A stretch of DNA of 64,000 nt. It comes from Octopus vulgaris. Its lineage: Eukaryota. This document shows, one piece after another, positions 38,189 to 52,199 of this stretch. Made by a program: the position numbers and the translations under genes. Location of the stretch: positions 82,336,001-82,400,000 of the forward strand of contig OX597822.1 in NCBI GenBank assembly GCA_951406725.2, in the 5' to 3' direction. The notes beneath the pieces are model-generated. The model had not been told where the DNA came from and did not search any database. It worked only from the letters and a program-made list of their open reading frames with translations. Position 1 is the stretch's first letter. Each line of letters begins with the position of its first letter.

Positions 38189-39487
38189 CGAGGCGTGTCC
38201 ATTAAAGATTTTCCCCTAACCCACTTCTGGTTATTGCAGGAAACTGAACTTTTACCAGCATAATCATACATGTCTCTACATGTCACATTGTAAGTTACAG
38301 CTTTCCACTAGTATTCGTTTGTCTTTTACAGCTACTGAAGTGGACTAAGGTGTTATAGTGGAGGCAGTTGAATGTAAATCAGTGATCAGGTTCTTATACT
38401 TGAAAGGGTGTACATCAAAAGAGACTTTTGATGTGATGAAAGAAGTTTATGGTGACGATGCATCATCATACAACATAGTCAAACATTGGCATCACCAGTT
38501 CAAATGTGGTCGGACACTGGTGGAAATGGCTCCTATTCCTGGACAAAACATTCCGTCCTTGATGACGACACAATCCAAAAAGTGGAAGCTGCCATTTCAG
38601 AGGATCGCCGCATAACTATTTGGTAACTAGCCCAAGAAGTAAAGATAAATGTAGGGTCCATGGAAAAATCATTCACGACCATTTGCACATCTGGAAGTTG
38701 TCCATACAATGGATTCCCCAGATTCTTGCACTTTTTCAGAAGCAGGAACGAATCAGATGCTCCCAGTCTATTTTGGCAATGTGCCAAGAAAACAAGGAGG
38801 ACTTTTTTAGCAGACTTATCTCACAGGATGAAACATGGGTCCATCACTTTGATTCTGAGACTAAAGTCCAGTCAAAGCAATGGAAGCATGATAATTCACC
38901 ACTTTGAAAGAAGGCTTGTGTCCAATCCTCAGCAGGCATGGTGATGCTCACAGTCTTTTGGGACCAGCATGGAGCAGTGATGATGGATTTTCTGGCAAAG
39001 GGCCCCACAGTTAATGGGGCATATTATACTTCTCTGCTGCAGAAATTGCGAGACACTATCAAAGCGGATAGTCGTGGCATGCTGACCAAAGGAGTTATCC
39101 TCCTCCTAAACAATGCCCCGGTTCACAATGCACATATTGTCCAGATGAAAGCACACTCCTGTGGCCATGAAATCTTTCCTCTCAATAAAATCCCTTACTC
39201 TTGTGACCTCTTACCGTTTGACTTCCACCTCTTTCCAACCATAAAGTCTTTTTTGAAGAGGAAGCACTTTATAGCTGATGATGAACTTATTTCTGAGGTA
39301 AAATCTTGGCTCCAGACACAATTTATTGACTTCCACAGACGAGGTTTTCACAGCTGCATAAAGCGATGGGAGAGGTGTGTCACCATTGGTGGTGGCCATG
39401 GATAGAAGGACTAATAACTATGCCAAGTTTCATTTATCCCAATCTTTGGGGAGTGGTTCCAGGGAAATCTTTAATGAACGTCCCTCG
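38189..39487 (+). mobile_element. Full-length defective mariner transposon (~1.3 kb)
   Basis: TIRs cgaggcgtgtccattaaagatt / aatctttaatgaacgtccctcg; left TA; inserted into a family C minisatellite unit (gctttata|...|atacatggcac). Confidence 0.92.
38358..39405 (+). pseudogene. Mariner DD34D transposase, frameshifted and with stops
   Basis: ORF pieces 38358-38615, 38620-38907 and 38938-39405 give WIPQIL, QDETWVHHFDSETK, VMLTVFWD, NNAPVH, PYSCDLLPFDFHLF and RWERCV. Confidence 0.9.
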
Positions 39488-39889
39488 ATACATGGCACAA
39501 AGTATTTATTAGTATTGTTGTTGTTATTGTAAATGTTGGCCATCAAGTTTCAATGCTAAGAACTTTTACAAATATTGTCAGAGAAGTAGGAGGTTATTTT
39601 AAATTCTTCCTTTTGCTGCTGCTGTTGTTGTTGTTGTTGCAGCAATCATAGTTGGTATTGTTGCTATTGTTGTTACTGCAGCATTGTTCAATATTCAACT
39701 ACTACCATCATTGACCTTACCATCTGTGGGCAACACAAAATACTTGTCTAAAAATATTACCTAACAATTGTAAGAACCGAATGATGGACGGCAGCCTTCT
39801 GCGCAATCAATGGCCACTTGTGATTGAAATGTTTTCAATTATGTTTAAATAAGATTCTTCTTCTTGTTGTCATTGTCGTCATGGTATTG

Positions 39890-40215
<326 letters not shown>

Positions 40216-40984
40216 TCATTATGTTGAGTGTTGTTGTTGATGTTGCTATGGTGTTTGTGGTTGTTGTTGCTGTTGTTGTTGTTGTTAAGGATCAAACAAT
40301 TTAGAATGTGGAAAACATACAAAAACAGCCCCTCCTCCCGTACTCTACCATAACCACCACCACAACCACCACAAACACCATCGCCAAAAAAGTAAATATA
40401 TAAATAAACTTACACCCACATTTTATTAGTTCTCCAGAGATTAAAGTCTGGCCATCAATCTTGCATAATCATCAGCATCAACATCACCACCATCATCATC
40501 ATCATTGGCATTATCATCACTATCATCATCATCATCCTTATCATCACCTTCACTAACACCATTAACATCATCATCATCTTTTCTACATTTCTATGCTTGA
40601 AGAGAATTTGATGACACTTCTTCTTCTTCAGTTAATATTGTACAGTTGGATGCCCTCACACCCTCAATGCCAACCCTTATTTGTTAAGTAAATTATTTCA
40701 TTCGACATCTTTATATTCTCAATCATTCAGCTGCCAAACTTTTTCCAGATTTTTATGCAATATAAACATCTTCACCATTGCACAAATAATGCCAGTGTGA
40801 AGATTTGTGGAAATAAACACATTCGCAAACGCACACACACACACATCCACATGCACAAGGGAGCTAGGTCTGGATTAGATGCTGTGTGTTGCATCAGTTC
40901 GATTTCCTCAAATTCTTGGAGTTTATTCTGGGTTGATGAATGGAATGAGAAAATTACTATTTTTAAATCTCACAACATGAGGAG

Positions 40985-41390
40985 TGGCAGGAGTGGCTGT
41001 GTGGTAAGTAGCTTGCTTACCAACCACATGATTCCAGGTTCAGTCCCACTGCGTGGCATCTTGGGCAAGTGCCTTCTACTATAGCCTCGGGCCGACCAAA
41101 CCCTTGTGAGTGGATTTGGTAAGCAGAAACTGAAAGAAGCCCGTCGTATATATGTATATATATATATGTGTATTTATGTTTGTGTGTCTGTGTTTGTCCC
41201 CCTAGCATTGCTTGGCAACCGATTCTGGTGTGTTTACGTCGCCGTCACTTAGTGGTTCGGCAAAAGAGACCAATAGAATAAGTACTGGGCTTACAAAGAA
41301 TAAGTCCCGGAGTCGATTTGTTCGACTAAAGGTGGTACTCCAGCATGGCTGCAGTCAAATGACTGAAACAAGTAAAAGAGTAAAAGAGTA
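40985..41390 (+). mobile_element. SINE family B, full length
   Basis: tRNA-like head, ttgggcaagt core, internal TA/TG tract, gtaaaagagtaaaagagta tail. Confidence 0.9.
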
Positions 41391-41411
41391 TGAGATATTC
41401 AGCAACAGTAC

Positions 41412-41855
41412 TTTGTAGTAAAGATTGTTTGCCAACATAACATGGCAGTCCTGGTTTAGGACAAATGTTGCTGTAATTTAACCCTAGGAGATATCATCTC
41501 CAGCTGACTATACGACATGATCTGTGTCCTTACATTTTTTTAATAATTTTCTAATTTATAAATCAGTGACTAGTTGTCACTGTGAAAACTATATATTTCG
41601 AACGGGAATTTGGTAGCGCCACCTCTAGCTGAACAATTATTCTGTGCTGATGAAGGGGAAATAACCCAGAAATCACGATACACAGATATTGTTTTGAGCT
41701 GAGTGGGGGTGTTAGATTCCCTTGTTCAAAAACATAAGGACACAGATCGTGTTGTATAGCCAGCTGGAGACAATGTCTCCTGGGGATAAATTACAGCAAC
41801 ATTCGTCCTAAACCAGGACTGCCATGTTATGTTGGCAAACAATCTTTACTACGAA
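41412..41855 (+). mobile_element. Element with ~130-bp inverted arms enclosing a hammerhead
   Basis: 41412-~41540 is the reverse complement of ~41725-41855. Confidence 0.8.
41641..41686 (+). ncRNA. Type I hammerhead ribozyme motif
   Basis: TCTGTG CTGATGA aGGG gaaataa CCC a GAAA TCACGA TA CACAGA; stem I extendable by aacaat/attgtt. Confidence 0.7.
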
Positions 41856-42400
41856 TGGAATGAGGTTTTGTGTTATCTTGCTGTGGATGATCTTGGTTTC
41901 AGTTAAACAATACAGGGTATTTTTGCTGCACAATGGCAAAGACCCTCTCCAGTGGTTCAGCATACAAGTTGGCATCAATGGGTCAACTGTCTGAAAGAAA
42001 CCCGACATGAATTAACCCCTCGTAATTGCACCAGATGCTGATCATCACCTTGTGTTCAAAACACCCATGCTTGGTGACAGGTTCCACAATGTGGCCCTTG
42101 CTTAACCACTGCTTATGCATGTTAGGATTACAGAAAAATATCTCCTTCGGATTTTTACTACTTCTGATCCATGTCTCACGTCCTGCACTCATGATGCTTC
42201 ATCAACCAAGAAGAAGCTTCAGTGAAGGAGTTCTTCACCTTCAAGGACCATAACTGGTCTTCATGTGGGATCAAAGACCTGCAAGAAAGGTTGCTTCAGA
42301 CAGTGCAACATGATGGCCTCTACTATGAATGCTAGACTGCTTTTGTTGTAAATTGATGAATAAAGCAAATAAGTTACCAAAATATTGCAAAACTTTTCAC
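41856..42400 (-). pseudogene. Degenerate mariner transposase remnant, second family
   Basis: Minus strand: KQWLSKG, EHKVMISIWCNYEGLIH, KYPVL and QQDNTKPH. Confidence 0.7.
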
Positions 42401-44765
42401 TCAACGCAGTAGTTTGGTTTGAGCTGATATGGGGTAAAGTAGACTCCAAGTCTGCGCCAATAACTTCTATACTTCTCTTGTAATATGCACATATGGCATG
42501 TTTTGCTGCACTGGTTTTTGATAAAAAGAAGCTATTCCTGTATCCATAGACCTACCCATCCACCCTCTCATGAAAGACAATGCAAAGAATGAAGATACTC
42601 TATTCTGATTCCATTTAATTCCTGCCAGAATGGAATAACATTGTAAAACCAATGATAAAACAGAATGTTCTGAATTTTGCTTTGTGTAATAATTTTGGTT
42701 CCTTTATGTCTGTCAACCTGTTATTCTATTTGTCTGTGAAGCAGCAGATAAAAAGTATTGGAACATTTCATAAAATATACAATAAACATATTTGTGTCTT
42801 TCATTTCCTTCTTGGTACAATGCATAGGCACAACAGTGGGTGAAGAGAACTTTACCGTTTTAAACCCTTTGTTAGAATGTTTCTGTTAAAAATAAATTGT
42901 TTGGGTTTCAATTGATTTTGAAAAAAAGAAAGAATTGAATAAAACAACTTTGTCGTTATTAACCTGATGTTTGGAACAATATATATTAGCACAAAATTTG
43001 GGTGGCAAGTTTTAATTTCAATGATTTTAAAGGACAAAGTTTGTATCATAGAACCCAGGGCAGTCCCAGGCAGGTTGGAGTTACAAGGATTAAACCAAGC
43101 TTTACAAAACAAACAAATGCATAAATAATGACCTCGCCTGTGCTTGTGCCACATAAAAAGCACAAAGTCCACTCTGCTGAGTGGTTGGTTTTAGGAAGAG
43201 AATCCAGCTGTAAAAATCCTACCAAAACAGTCACAGAAGTCTGGTGCAGACTTCTGCTTGGCCAGCTCTTGTGAAACCATCTCACTGATGCTAGCATGGA
43301 AGGTGGACATTAAACGACGATAATGATGATGGTGGTGGTGATGGTGATGGTGATGGTAATGGTGATGGTGATGATGAAGAAATGATTAAGTAAATAAAGG
43401 AAAATCAAAGTCTGCAGTCAACAACTCAGAAAATTCTTTAGATTTGTAACTTTCTCTCCTTCCCTCTCTCTCTTTCTCTGAGTTAAGCCCTTTATCTCCT
43501 CAGCTGCAAGACACTGATTTCTGTCCCTTTATCACACACCGGAGGGAAGTGAGACCCAAATGGTTGAAGGGATGTAAATTTAGTCAACCAACAAAAAATT
43601 TGTTTGGTGAATCTTGGTCAGTTTTTACCTGTTTGGCTTTTTACCTGCAGTGAAATTACCTTTAGGAGTTAAAATCTGTCACAAATATATGTGACCAAAA
43701 GTTCATTTGTTTTGCTTCACTGCTTTGCACTACTAATTATGTAGTGAAAGTGATTGTTTCTGATTTAAGCACAAGGCCAGCAATTTTAAGGGGAATGACT
43801 TGATATCATTGCCACCAATATTTGGATAGTAATTTTATGCTATCGACCCTGGTGGGGAATAAAAGGCAAAGTAGGCATAAGCAGGATTTGAACTCAGACC
43901 TTAAAGAACTGAAAGAAATACCCTAAGGCATTCTATCCAATGCCCAAATGATTCTGAATGATGATGATGATGATGGAGTGGAAGATGAGGAGGAGGGGGG
44001 GGATTTATTTGCCAGAGGAGCATCAGATAACGGTGACATTACAAAGAGGGTTTACAATTTGTGTGAAGGTTTGACATAAAAGAGGAGGGTTAAGATAGGG
44101 AAAGCAGAATGAAATGAGTCAAAAGTCTGCATAACTAGACAAAGTATGTGATCACATGAATGATGCAGGGGAGCCTCCAAGTAGGGGCCAATCAAGGAAT
44201 CCCACAAATCCAGGATCAGCCTTACTACCAAAGGCATGAACCCTCAACCAACTGTTGCCCTCCAATCTCCAATCTCCAAGCACATGCAAACCATTTCATC
44301 CAAACCATTTCTGCCACAGTTTTCACAAATTCACTGGAGGGGAGCACTTCTGTAAATAACAATAATAATAAGGGCTTCTTATTAGGGACAATCTCAGAAA
44401 CACTTAAGGGAGGGGGTTATTTGGTATCGTAGAGACTAGTTCTTCGACTAATATTTTATACTATTGACTCCGAAAGGATGGAAAGCAAATGTGATCTTAG
44501 CAGGAATTGAACTCAAAGCTTAACTGTAATTAACTACAGCAAAATCAAATGAAAGCAATATTTCCAATGCATTGGACTGCATTGAACTAAAATACATAAA
44601 TACTGTAGGTGCCGTGTGAGGTGATGCAAAATAAGACAGTGCAGTGCAGTGCAACACAAATGTGCATTGCATTAATAGATTGTTGTAGTACAACGTTAGA
44701 ACATAACAATGGTTTTAGTTATTCTTTTTTTTTTTTCACGTTGATGAGAGAAGAGAAAGATATAC

Positions 44766-44796
<31 letters not shown>

Positions 44797-45106
44797 AATG
44801 CTTCTAATGAGGTCAACACCAATGGTGGTGTTGCATGAATGTACAAAGTTTTCTACACTAAACTCTTCTCCCTCACACACTCTCTCATTCTCATCATCAT
44901 CCTCTATGAATATACATAGATGTGTGTGTGTGTGTGTGTGTGCGTCTGTGTGTGTGTCTGTGTGTATACATATATATATATATGTATATATGTATGTATA
45001 CATGTGCATATATATATACACACATATGCATGTATACATGTGTATCTGTCTGTGTGTACACATATATATATATATAATATATATATACGTATATATGTAT
45101 ACATAC

Positions 45107-45148
<42 letters not shown>

Positions 45149-45326
45149 TACATATGCATGTATACATGTGTGTATGCATGTGTGTGTGTGAGTGTAACAT
45201 ATATATAAATATATGTGCACACGTGTTGGTGTCTTGCACGAATGTTTGCAGGCTGGAGTGTAGTGGAGGACATGCAAGTGTGTATGTGATGCATGTTTGT
45301 ATGTGTGTGTGAGTGTGTGTGTGTGT

Positions 45327-45385
<59 letters not shown>

Positions 45386-46190
45386 GAGAAGCTGAGAAGA
45401 AGCAAGCAAGTGGGAAGTTGGGCCAAGTTTGTCAAGGTGCGGGAGATGCCCTGCCTTTCCTCTTGACTGGAAAATCAATATTATTGATCAAGACTCAACA
45501 ATTCAGAAAGATAGACAAATAGAAAAGCAGACTTTCTTTTGTCTCCTCCTCATCATCATCATTTTTCTTCGTCTTGCTCTAATAATAATAATAATAATAA
45601 TAATAACAGTGATGATGATGGTGGTGGTGGTGGTGGTGGTGGTGGTGGTGGTTGTGGTGGTGGTGGTGGTGGTGGTGGTGGTGGTGGTTGTGATGATGAT
45701 AATGATGATGATGATGATGATGATAATAATGGTGTTGATGATGGTGATGGTGTGTAATGATGGTAGTGTTGGTGGTGATGATGATGGTAGGGGTGGTGGC
45801 GATGGTGATGGTGGTGGTGGTCGTCATCGTCGTCGTGGAGATGGTGATAGTGGTGGTGGTGGTTGTAGTGGTGGAGATGATGATGATGATGATGGTGATG
45901 ATTTCGTATTATTGTTATTAGAATTAGTGTTGTTTGCCGTTTCATTCCCAAATCTTGTAAATACACAATTAATAAGAGTGTAAGTAGAAGAAAGATTAAT
46001 TTAAAGAAGAATACAAGAAGACAACCACACACATTCAGATACAATCACACACACACAGGCAAATAGACAGATATGCACGAACACACACTTACAGACATAG
46101 AGATAAACACACACAAAACACAAAGGATATCAAAGTTGATTTCTCAATCTTTATACAAGTTCATCCTATTCCCATTCCTTCATGTCCCTC

Positions 46191-46223
<33 letters not shown>

Positions 46224-47364
46224 TCTTTGCTGCACCTTGGACACATGTCTTTCACTCTAGCCCTGAGCTGACCAATGGGAAGCTCGATGTGGACAGAGTG
46301 TCTTCTCTCAGCATCTCATGATGATTGTAAACGAGGGTCACGTTCCAAGGGAAAATGTCTTTTTTCCTTTGGTAACAAGTAAGGGTTGATGACAGGAAGG
46401 GCATCCAGCCATAAAAATCATCTGCCTCGGCAAATCCCGTCTGCCCTTTGTGGGCATGGAAAAGTGGGCTCTGAAATGATGATGGTGGTGGTGGTGGTGG
46501 TGGTGGTGGTGGTGGTGGTGGTGGTGGTGGTGGTGGTGGTGGTGGTGGTGGTGATAATGTTGCTATTGTTTATGATGATGATGAGGAGGAGGAGGAGGAG
46601 GAGGAGGAGAAGGAGGAAGATGGTGATGCTGATGACTGTTAACTAGTGTATAATGTCTTTCAAAAATTACAAACATGCTGCTCTCCCCATTATTGCTAAC
46701 TTTAAAAGTTGCACGCCACGTGTATTACACAGCATCAAAAGATGCTGAGATTCCTAACTTCATGTACAAATGATGTGGAGGCTTTGTTCTTAAAGGCTTC
46801 AATATTCTAAGGTTGCCTCCACTAATACAACTCGAGATATTAAGAGCCCTTCACCCTTAAATCATTTAATCACTTCTTGAATGGTTCAATTTCTTTGATT
46901 GGTGAGTTACCTGCCCTGCCTTTGGGTAATTTATCAATCTGTCACTAGGGGTGTTTGTGTTGTTGTTGGGTTGGTTTGTGGTGGTGACTGTCGTTGTTGA
47001 ATGAAAATAAGTTTCTTGGGCTGCAAGGAAGAAAGAACTGAACAACACACATCAACATTTCACAGAAGATTTTATTATCACACATAAAAACAAACTGCGT
47101 TGGCCTTTAATTGATAACAACAGCTGGGAGCAAGACACTGCTTGTTCAAGAAAACGTGATCTTGCCACTACTTCAAACTGACTGATCCATTAATAGACCA
47201 ATCAGATGAAACTATGGTGATTTGCTCATGATGTCTAACTGCATTACCAGGGATTTAGCTTCAAATCCCTGCTACAACCCATTACATGCCTTATTCTGAG
47301 AATTATTCTGAGTCCATGAATTTGTCCAAATCCACAAGTTTCCTACAAGTTTCCTCAAATACTG

Positions 47365-47560
47365 TCATGCCAGTGGCATGTAAAAGCACCCACTACACTC
47401 TTGGAGTGGTTGGCATTAGGAAGGGCATCCAGCTGTAGAAACTTTGCCAGATCAGATTGAGCCTGGTCCAGCCTTCTGGCTCACCAGTCCTCAGTCAAAC
47501 CGTCCAACCCATGCCAGCATGGAAAGCAGACGTTAAACGATGATGATGATGATGATGATG
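47365..47560 (+). mobile_element. Family C (RTE 3' end) short copy with (GAT)n tail
   Basis: ggttggcattaggaagggcatccagctgtagaaac...gacgttaaacgatgatgat; further copies near 8.9, 14.7, 19.1, 21.4, 23.4, 36.4, 37.9, 43.2, 53.5, 54.0 and 60.3 kb. Confidence 0.85.
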
Positions 47561-47604
47561 ATTGTTGGTTCACATAAAATACTGTAAAAAAGCAAACTAG
47601 CTTT

Positions 47605-47922
47605 CTGTTGGTTACAATGATGGGGGTTCTAGTTGATGTGATCAATGGAACAACCTATTCGTGAAATTAACGCATAAGTGGATGAGCACTCCACAGACAT
47701 TACACAATGTAGTTCTCATGAAGATTCAGTGTGACATTGGACGTGACAAGGCTGGCCCCCTTTGAATTACAGGTACTACTCATTTTTATCAGTTGAGTGA
47801 ACTGGAGCAATGTGGAATAAAGTGTCTTGCTCAAGAACACAATACACCACTGGGTATTGAACTCACGACCTTACAATCGTGAGCTGAACAGCCAAACCAC
47901 TAAGTCTCACACACACACACGC

Positions 47923-48002
<80 letters not shown>

Positions 48003-48305
48003 CCACTGTGTTGGTTATGACGACACATATCCAGTTAATCCACTCAATAGAACAGCCTGCTCATGAAATTAATGTGCAAATGGCTGAGTATTCCACAGAC
48101 ATGCATACCCTCAAAGCAGCTTGACACGAAATGTGACAAAGCTGGCCCTTTGTAATTACAGGTACAATCCATTGTTGCTGGCTGAGTGGACTGGAGCAAT
48201 GTGAAATAAAGTGTCTTGCTTAAGGACACAACACACTGCTGGGTATTGAACTCACAACATTATGATTGTGAGCCAAACACCCAAACCACTTGGCCACACA
48301 GCTCC
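47605..48305 (-). mobile_element. Two tandem SINE family E-related copies separated by (CA)n
   Basis: Both contain gtgaaattaa..ccacagaca..gtgacaa.gctggccc..actggagcaatgtg.aataaagtgtcttgct..gggtattgaactcac. Confidence 0.75.
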
Positions 48306-48967
48306 ACAGAGAATGTACTGCAAGCCATTTTCTCTGGCACTCTACCATCTCGGTCACTCACTTGCCCTTCCATCCACTTTTAGGTTTCCTATTGCTTAAC
48401 CTTATGGAATCCTGTCTATTCTTATCTCCATTGCAGAAGTTCATTGGCACCAGTTTCTTCTTACCACAAAGTGAAAGAGATGGAGGTGGTGGAGGGGGGT
48501 AGGGCAGGGTGGCGGAGAGGGGGGACAAGGATTAGAGAAAACTTCAACAACTCATATTTGATGGAAGATGGGGATGGTGGTGGAGGTGGTTGTTGATGTC
48601 TGGTGGGGGGGAGTAGGAGGAGATGTTATCAGTGCTTAACCCCAAGTCAACCAATCCTGTTTAATGGAGACCCATGATCAAAAGCATTCCATTCATGACC
48701 ACCCTATCTTGTTTTTTCATTTATGCAAGGAACCCAACCAGGATCACGGTATTTGATGTGTTCCTTTCCTTCGTAAGATTGTGAAGATGTGATTTAAGGG
48801 TGATTTAGTTGCTATTTCTAATTGGTCACCTGACCATGTAGAGTTTCCATCATTGGCACATGGTGGTGGTGGTTGTGGTTGGGCGAATAGTAACTGATGA
48901 TGTTGTAGTTGTTTTTTGTTGTTGTGATGGTGTTGGTGGTGGTTGTCTTTCATCTTTTTCTTCTTCA

Positions 48968-49195
48968 TTTGTTTAAGTCATAAGACTGCGGCCATGCTGG
49001 AGCACCGCCTTGAAGGAATTTTAATCAAATGAATCAATCCCAGTGTTTATTTTGTTCTAAGCCTGGTACTTATTTTATCACTCTCTTTTGCCTAACTGCT
49101 AGATTACAGAGATGTAAACACACCAATACCAGTTGCCAAGCAGGGGGAGGACAAGCACACACACATATATTTTTTATATATACATATATACACAC

Positions 49196-49232
<37 letters not shown>

Positions 49233-49453
49233 TTCATCATCATCATTTCAAAATGTGACCGCGTGTGTACCGTTGGCGATTTTTTTTCCTCTGTCTTCCC
49301 TTCTCTGGATCTTTCCTTGTCCTATGTTTCCGACGAAGAGCTCCGCTCGAAACGTCAAACCCTCCTTCTTTCCTTCTTTCCTGAGCATCCAATAATACTA
49401 TATTTGTTCCACATCCTGCGTTGTTGTGTTTTTTTGTGCTTTCATGTTTTGAT

Positions 49454-49497
<44 letters not shown>

Positions 49498-49625
49498 GCT
49501 TCTTTCAGATGTACAAGGCTTTGGTCAACCTGTGTTTGTAGCAGAAGACACTTGCCCAAGGTGCCACATAGTGGGACTGACCCTGGAACCATATGGCTGG
49601 GAAACAAACTTCTTACCACCTAGCC
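48968..49625 (-). mobile_element. SINE family B with a hammerhead element nested in its internal TA tract
   Basis: SINE 3' part at 48968-49165 and 5' part at 49490-49625; insert at 49247-49457. Confidence 0.8.
49326..49360 (+). ncRNA. Minimal hammerhead motif (U4C in this copy)
   Basis: GTTT CCGACGA aGAGC tcc GCTC GAAA CG TC AAAC; GUC site. Confidence 0.65.
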
Positions 49626-50274
49626 ATCCCAGTGGTGGTGGTGGTTGTGGTGGTGGTGGTGATGGTTGTGTGGACAGCCTTGGTTGTTTCTATATCTTCA
49701 TACCTCTGTTGTTGTTGTTGTTGTTGTTGTTAAATTTGTAAGGAACTTGGCAGGAACAATGGTGGGGGTTGGGTGGGGGTCGGGGGCTGAAGCAGAGTAA
49801 TTGCTAATAACTCTTGTTGTTGCTGTTGTTGTTGATGTACTTTACTGAGATAGTTGCCAACTTTATTTCTTGTTGAAAATAATGTTGTTGTTGATTTTAA
49901 CGCGTTGTTGTTGACCTCATTTTTTTATGCAGCTGTTGTTGTTGTTGTTGTTTTCGACCTACTTCTTTCTGATGATGTTGATGTTGTTGTTATTGTATTT
50001 TTCGCTGATGTTGTTGTTTTGTTGTACTACTTACTGCTGATAATGTTGACTATGAACTACTTGATGTTAATGATGATGATGATGATGATGATGGTGATGA
50101 ATATGTTGATGGTGGTTGTGGTGGTGGTGACGGTGGTTGTGGTGGCGGTGACCCAATTCTTATCATAGTTGTTGTTGACTTAATCAATGATAGTTATGAT
50201 GGTGGTGGTGGTGGTGGTAGTAATTATGATGATTTATAACCTATCATCGCTGCTGCTGCTGCAGATGTTGTTGT

Positions 50275-50309
<35 letters not shown>

Positions 50310-50314
50310 ATAAC

Positions 50315-50348
<34 letters not shown>

Positions 50349-51311
50349 GTGAAAGTGTTATCAATACTCTTACGTTTTTTTTTCTCTGCTGCATCCATTT
50401 TTTTTTCTACTCTATTTCATGCTGCTCCAGCTGGACTTGTTGCTTATTTGTTTGTGGTGATGGTGGACATGTAGTGTTGTTGGTTTACCAATGTTGCTGA
50501 TGTTGTTGTTGCTGTTGTTGTTTAGCCATAGGTCACCCCTGGTCCAGCAGATTTATAATGATAAAAAAAAAAAGCACAGGATACCCAGGAGCTCTATTAT
50601 TCAATCATCATCACCATTATCACTATCATCATCACCACCACCACCAACACCATGTCTTCTCAAGTAAGCAAATCACCACAACTCCTGGCCCCTTGTCATT
50701 TCCTCAGTGAGGCCCAGGCATGAGTTGAGAGAGGCTTGACTGCTCTTTCTACCAGATTGAGTAACCACAAGAAGTTTCCTTGGTTCAATGTTCTTAGTGT
50801 TAAACCCCAAGACAACTTCTAAGCTTTTTTTTTATTACATATCCTTCACTTTAGGCACCATATATCTTAAAGTACATTATAAAATGTATCCTTCTCATTT
50901 CAAGGTATTAGAGTGTAATACCGGGTGATTTGGTTACTACTTCTAGTGTGTCAGACGACCACATCAGAGCTCTCTTGCTGGAATTGTTTAAGAAATGATA
51001 AGAAGCCTGCAGAATGACATATTATGTACAAATGTCTTTTACTTAACAAATATTTTCAGTGAAATACTGCCAAAGAAAATATCAAAGAGTTAAGAATTGG
51101 TATCTTCCTTTTGCTACCATTTCTCTGTGAAGTACGAACAGGATATGTCAACCAAATGACTTTGTCTTGGTATATTTCCAATTTCTAACTATTCGTCTGT
51201 GAATTAGGATTAAAGTTTGTCAGCCAGGTAGACAGTGATTTATTTTATTCATTTATGTTTTTTTTTTCTTGCTGCAAGCTCTTAATTTTCATTTCTGACA
51301 TCAAAGTAGAA

Positions 51312-51480
51312 TACAAGGGAGTATCAAAAGGTTCTTGGACTAGTTCTGGAGCGTGCCAACAGATGGCAGCACACGGTTGCATGCGCAGTGAGAGCTAGCA
51401 GCGAGCTTCATGAGGCAGGGTGGTGCTGAGTGACGTTGCCGTGTTTACTTCGCAAGTTGTGAAGTTTGTGTTTTCGTGAT
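51312..51480 (+). mobile_element. Solo mariner-like terminal fragment
   Basis: tacaagggagtatcaaaaggttcttggact resembles a TA-flanked mariner TIR; no partner TIR found. Confidence 0.45.
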
Positions 51481-51572
51481 AATAAAATGTGTATGTTGTA
51501 ATCTGTGGTTTTGTCACAGACAGGAATAAAAAGCCAAAGGGAAATTTTACATTAAACTTGGGAAGCCACATC

Positions 51573-51608
<36 letters not shown>

Positions 51609-52199
51609 TAAATAAATAGATAGATGTCTTCTACTATAGCTCTAGGCTGACTAACCCTTGTGAGTGGATTTTGTAGACAGAAACTGAAAGAAGCCCATCA
51701 TATATATATATATGTGTGTATGTATTATGTATGTATGTATGTATGTATGTATATCGGTGCTGTGTCTGGGGAGAGTCATTCCCTTTTTGTGCCTTATTAT
51801 TTAACACACTCACCGGTAAAATTTCCACTCATTTACTTATTTATTTTTCTAAAATTTTCATTGTATCTTGAAGCCTCTTCAATAGTTGTTGACTCTATCT
51901 GTTATCCGAGCTGTGTTCTTTTTGTTTGTTTGTATGCATGTGTGTGGGTCAGTGTGTGTGTGTGTGTGTGTGTGTGCATACACATGTATGTATGTATGCA
52001 TGTATGTATGTATGTGAGTGTGTTAGATTATGAGTCACTAAATGAAAATGACTCTCCCCAGACACAACAGATTATGCTTCAACACACAAACTCACATAAA
52101 GAATCTTGCAAACCAAATCCCAAAACGAAATATGTATGTGTGTGTGTGTGTTTATATATACATATGTATTTATATATGTGTGTGTGTGTGCCACTCCCA

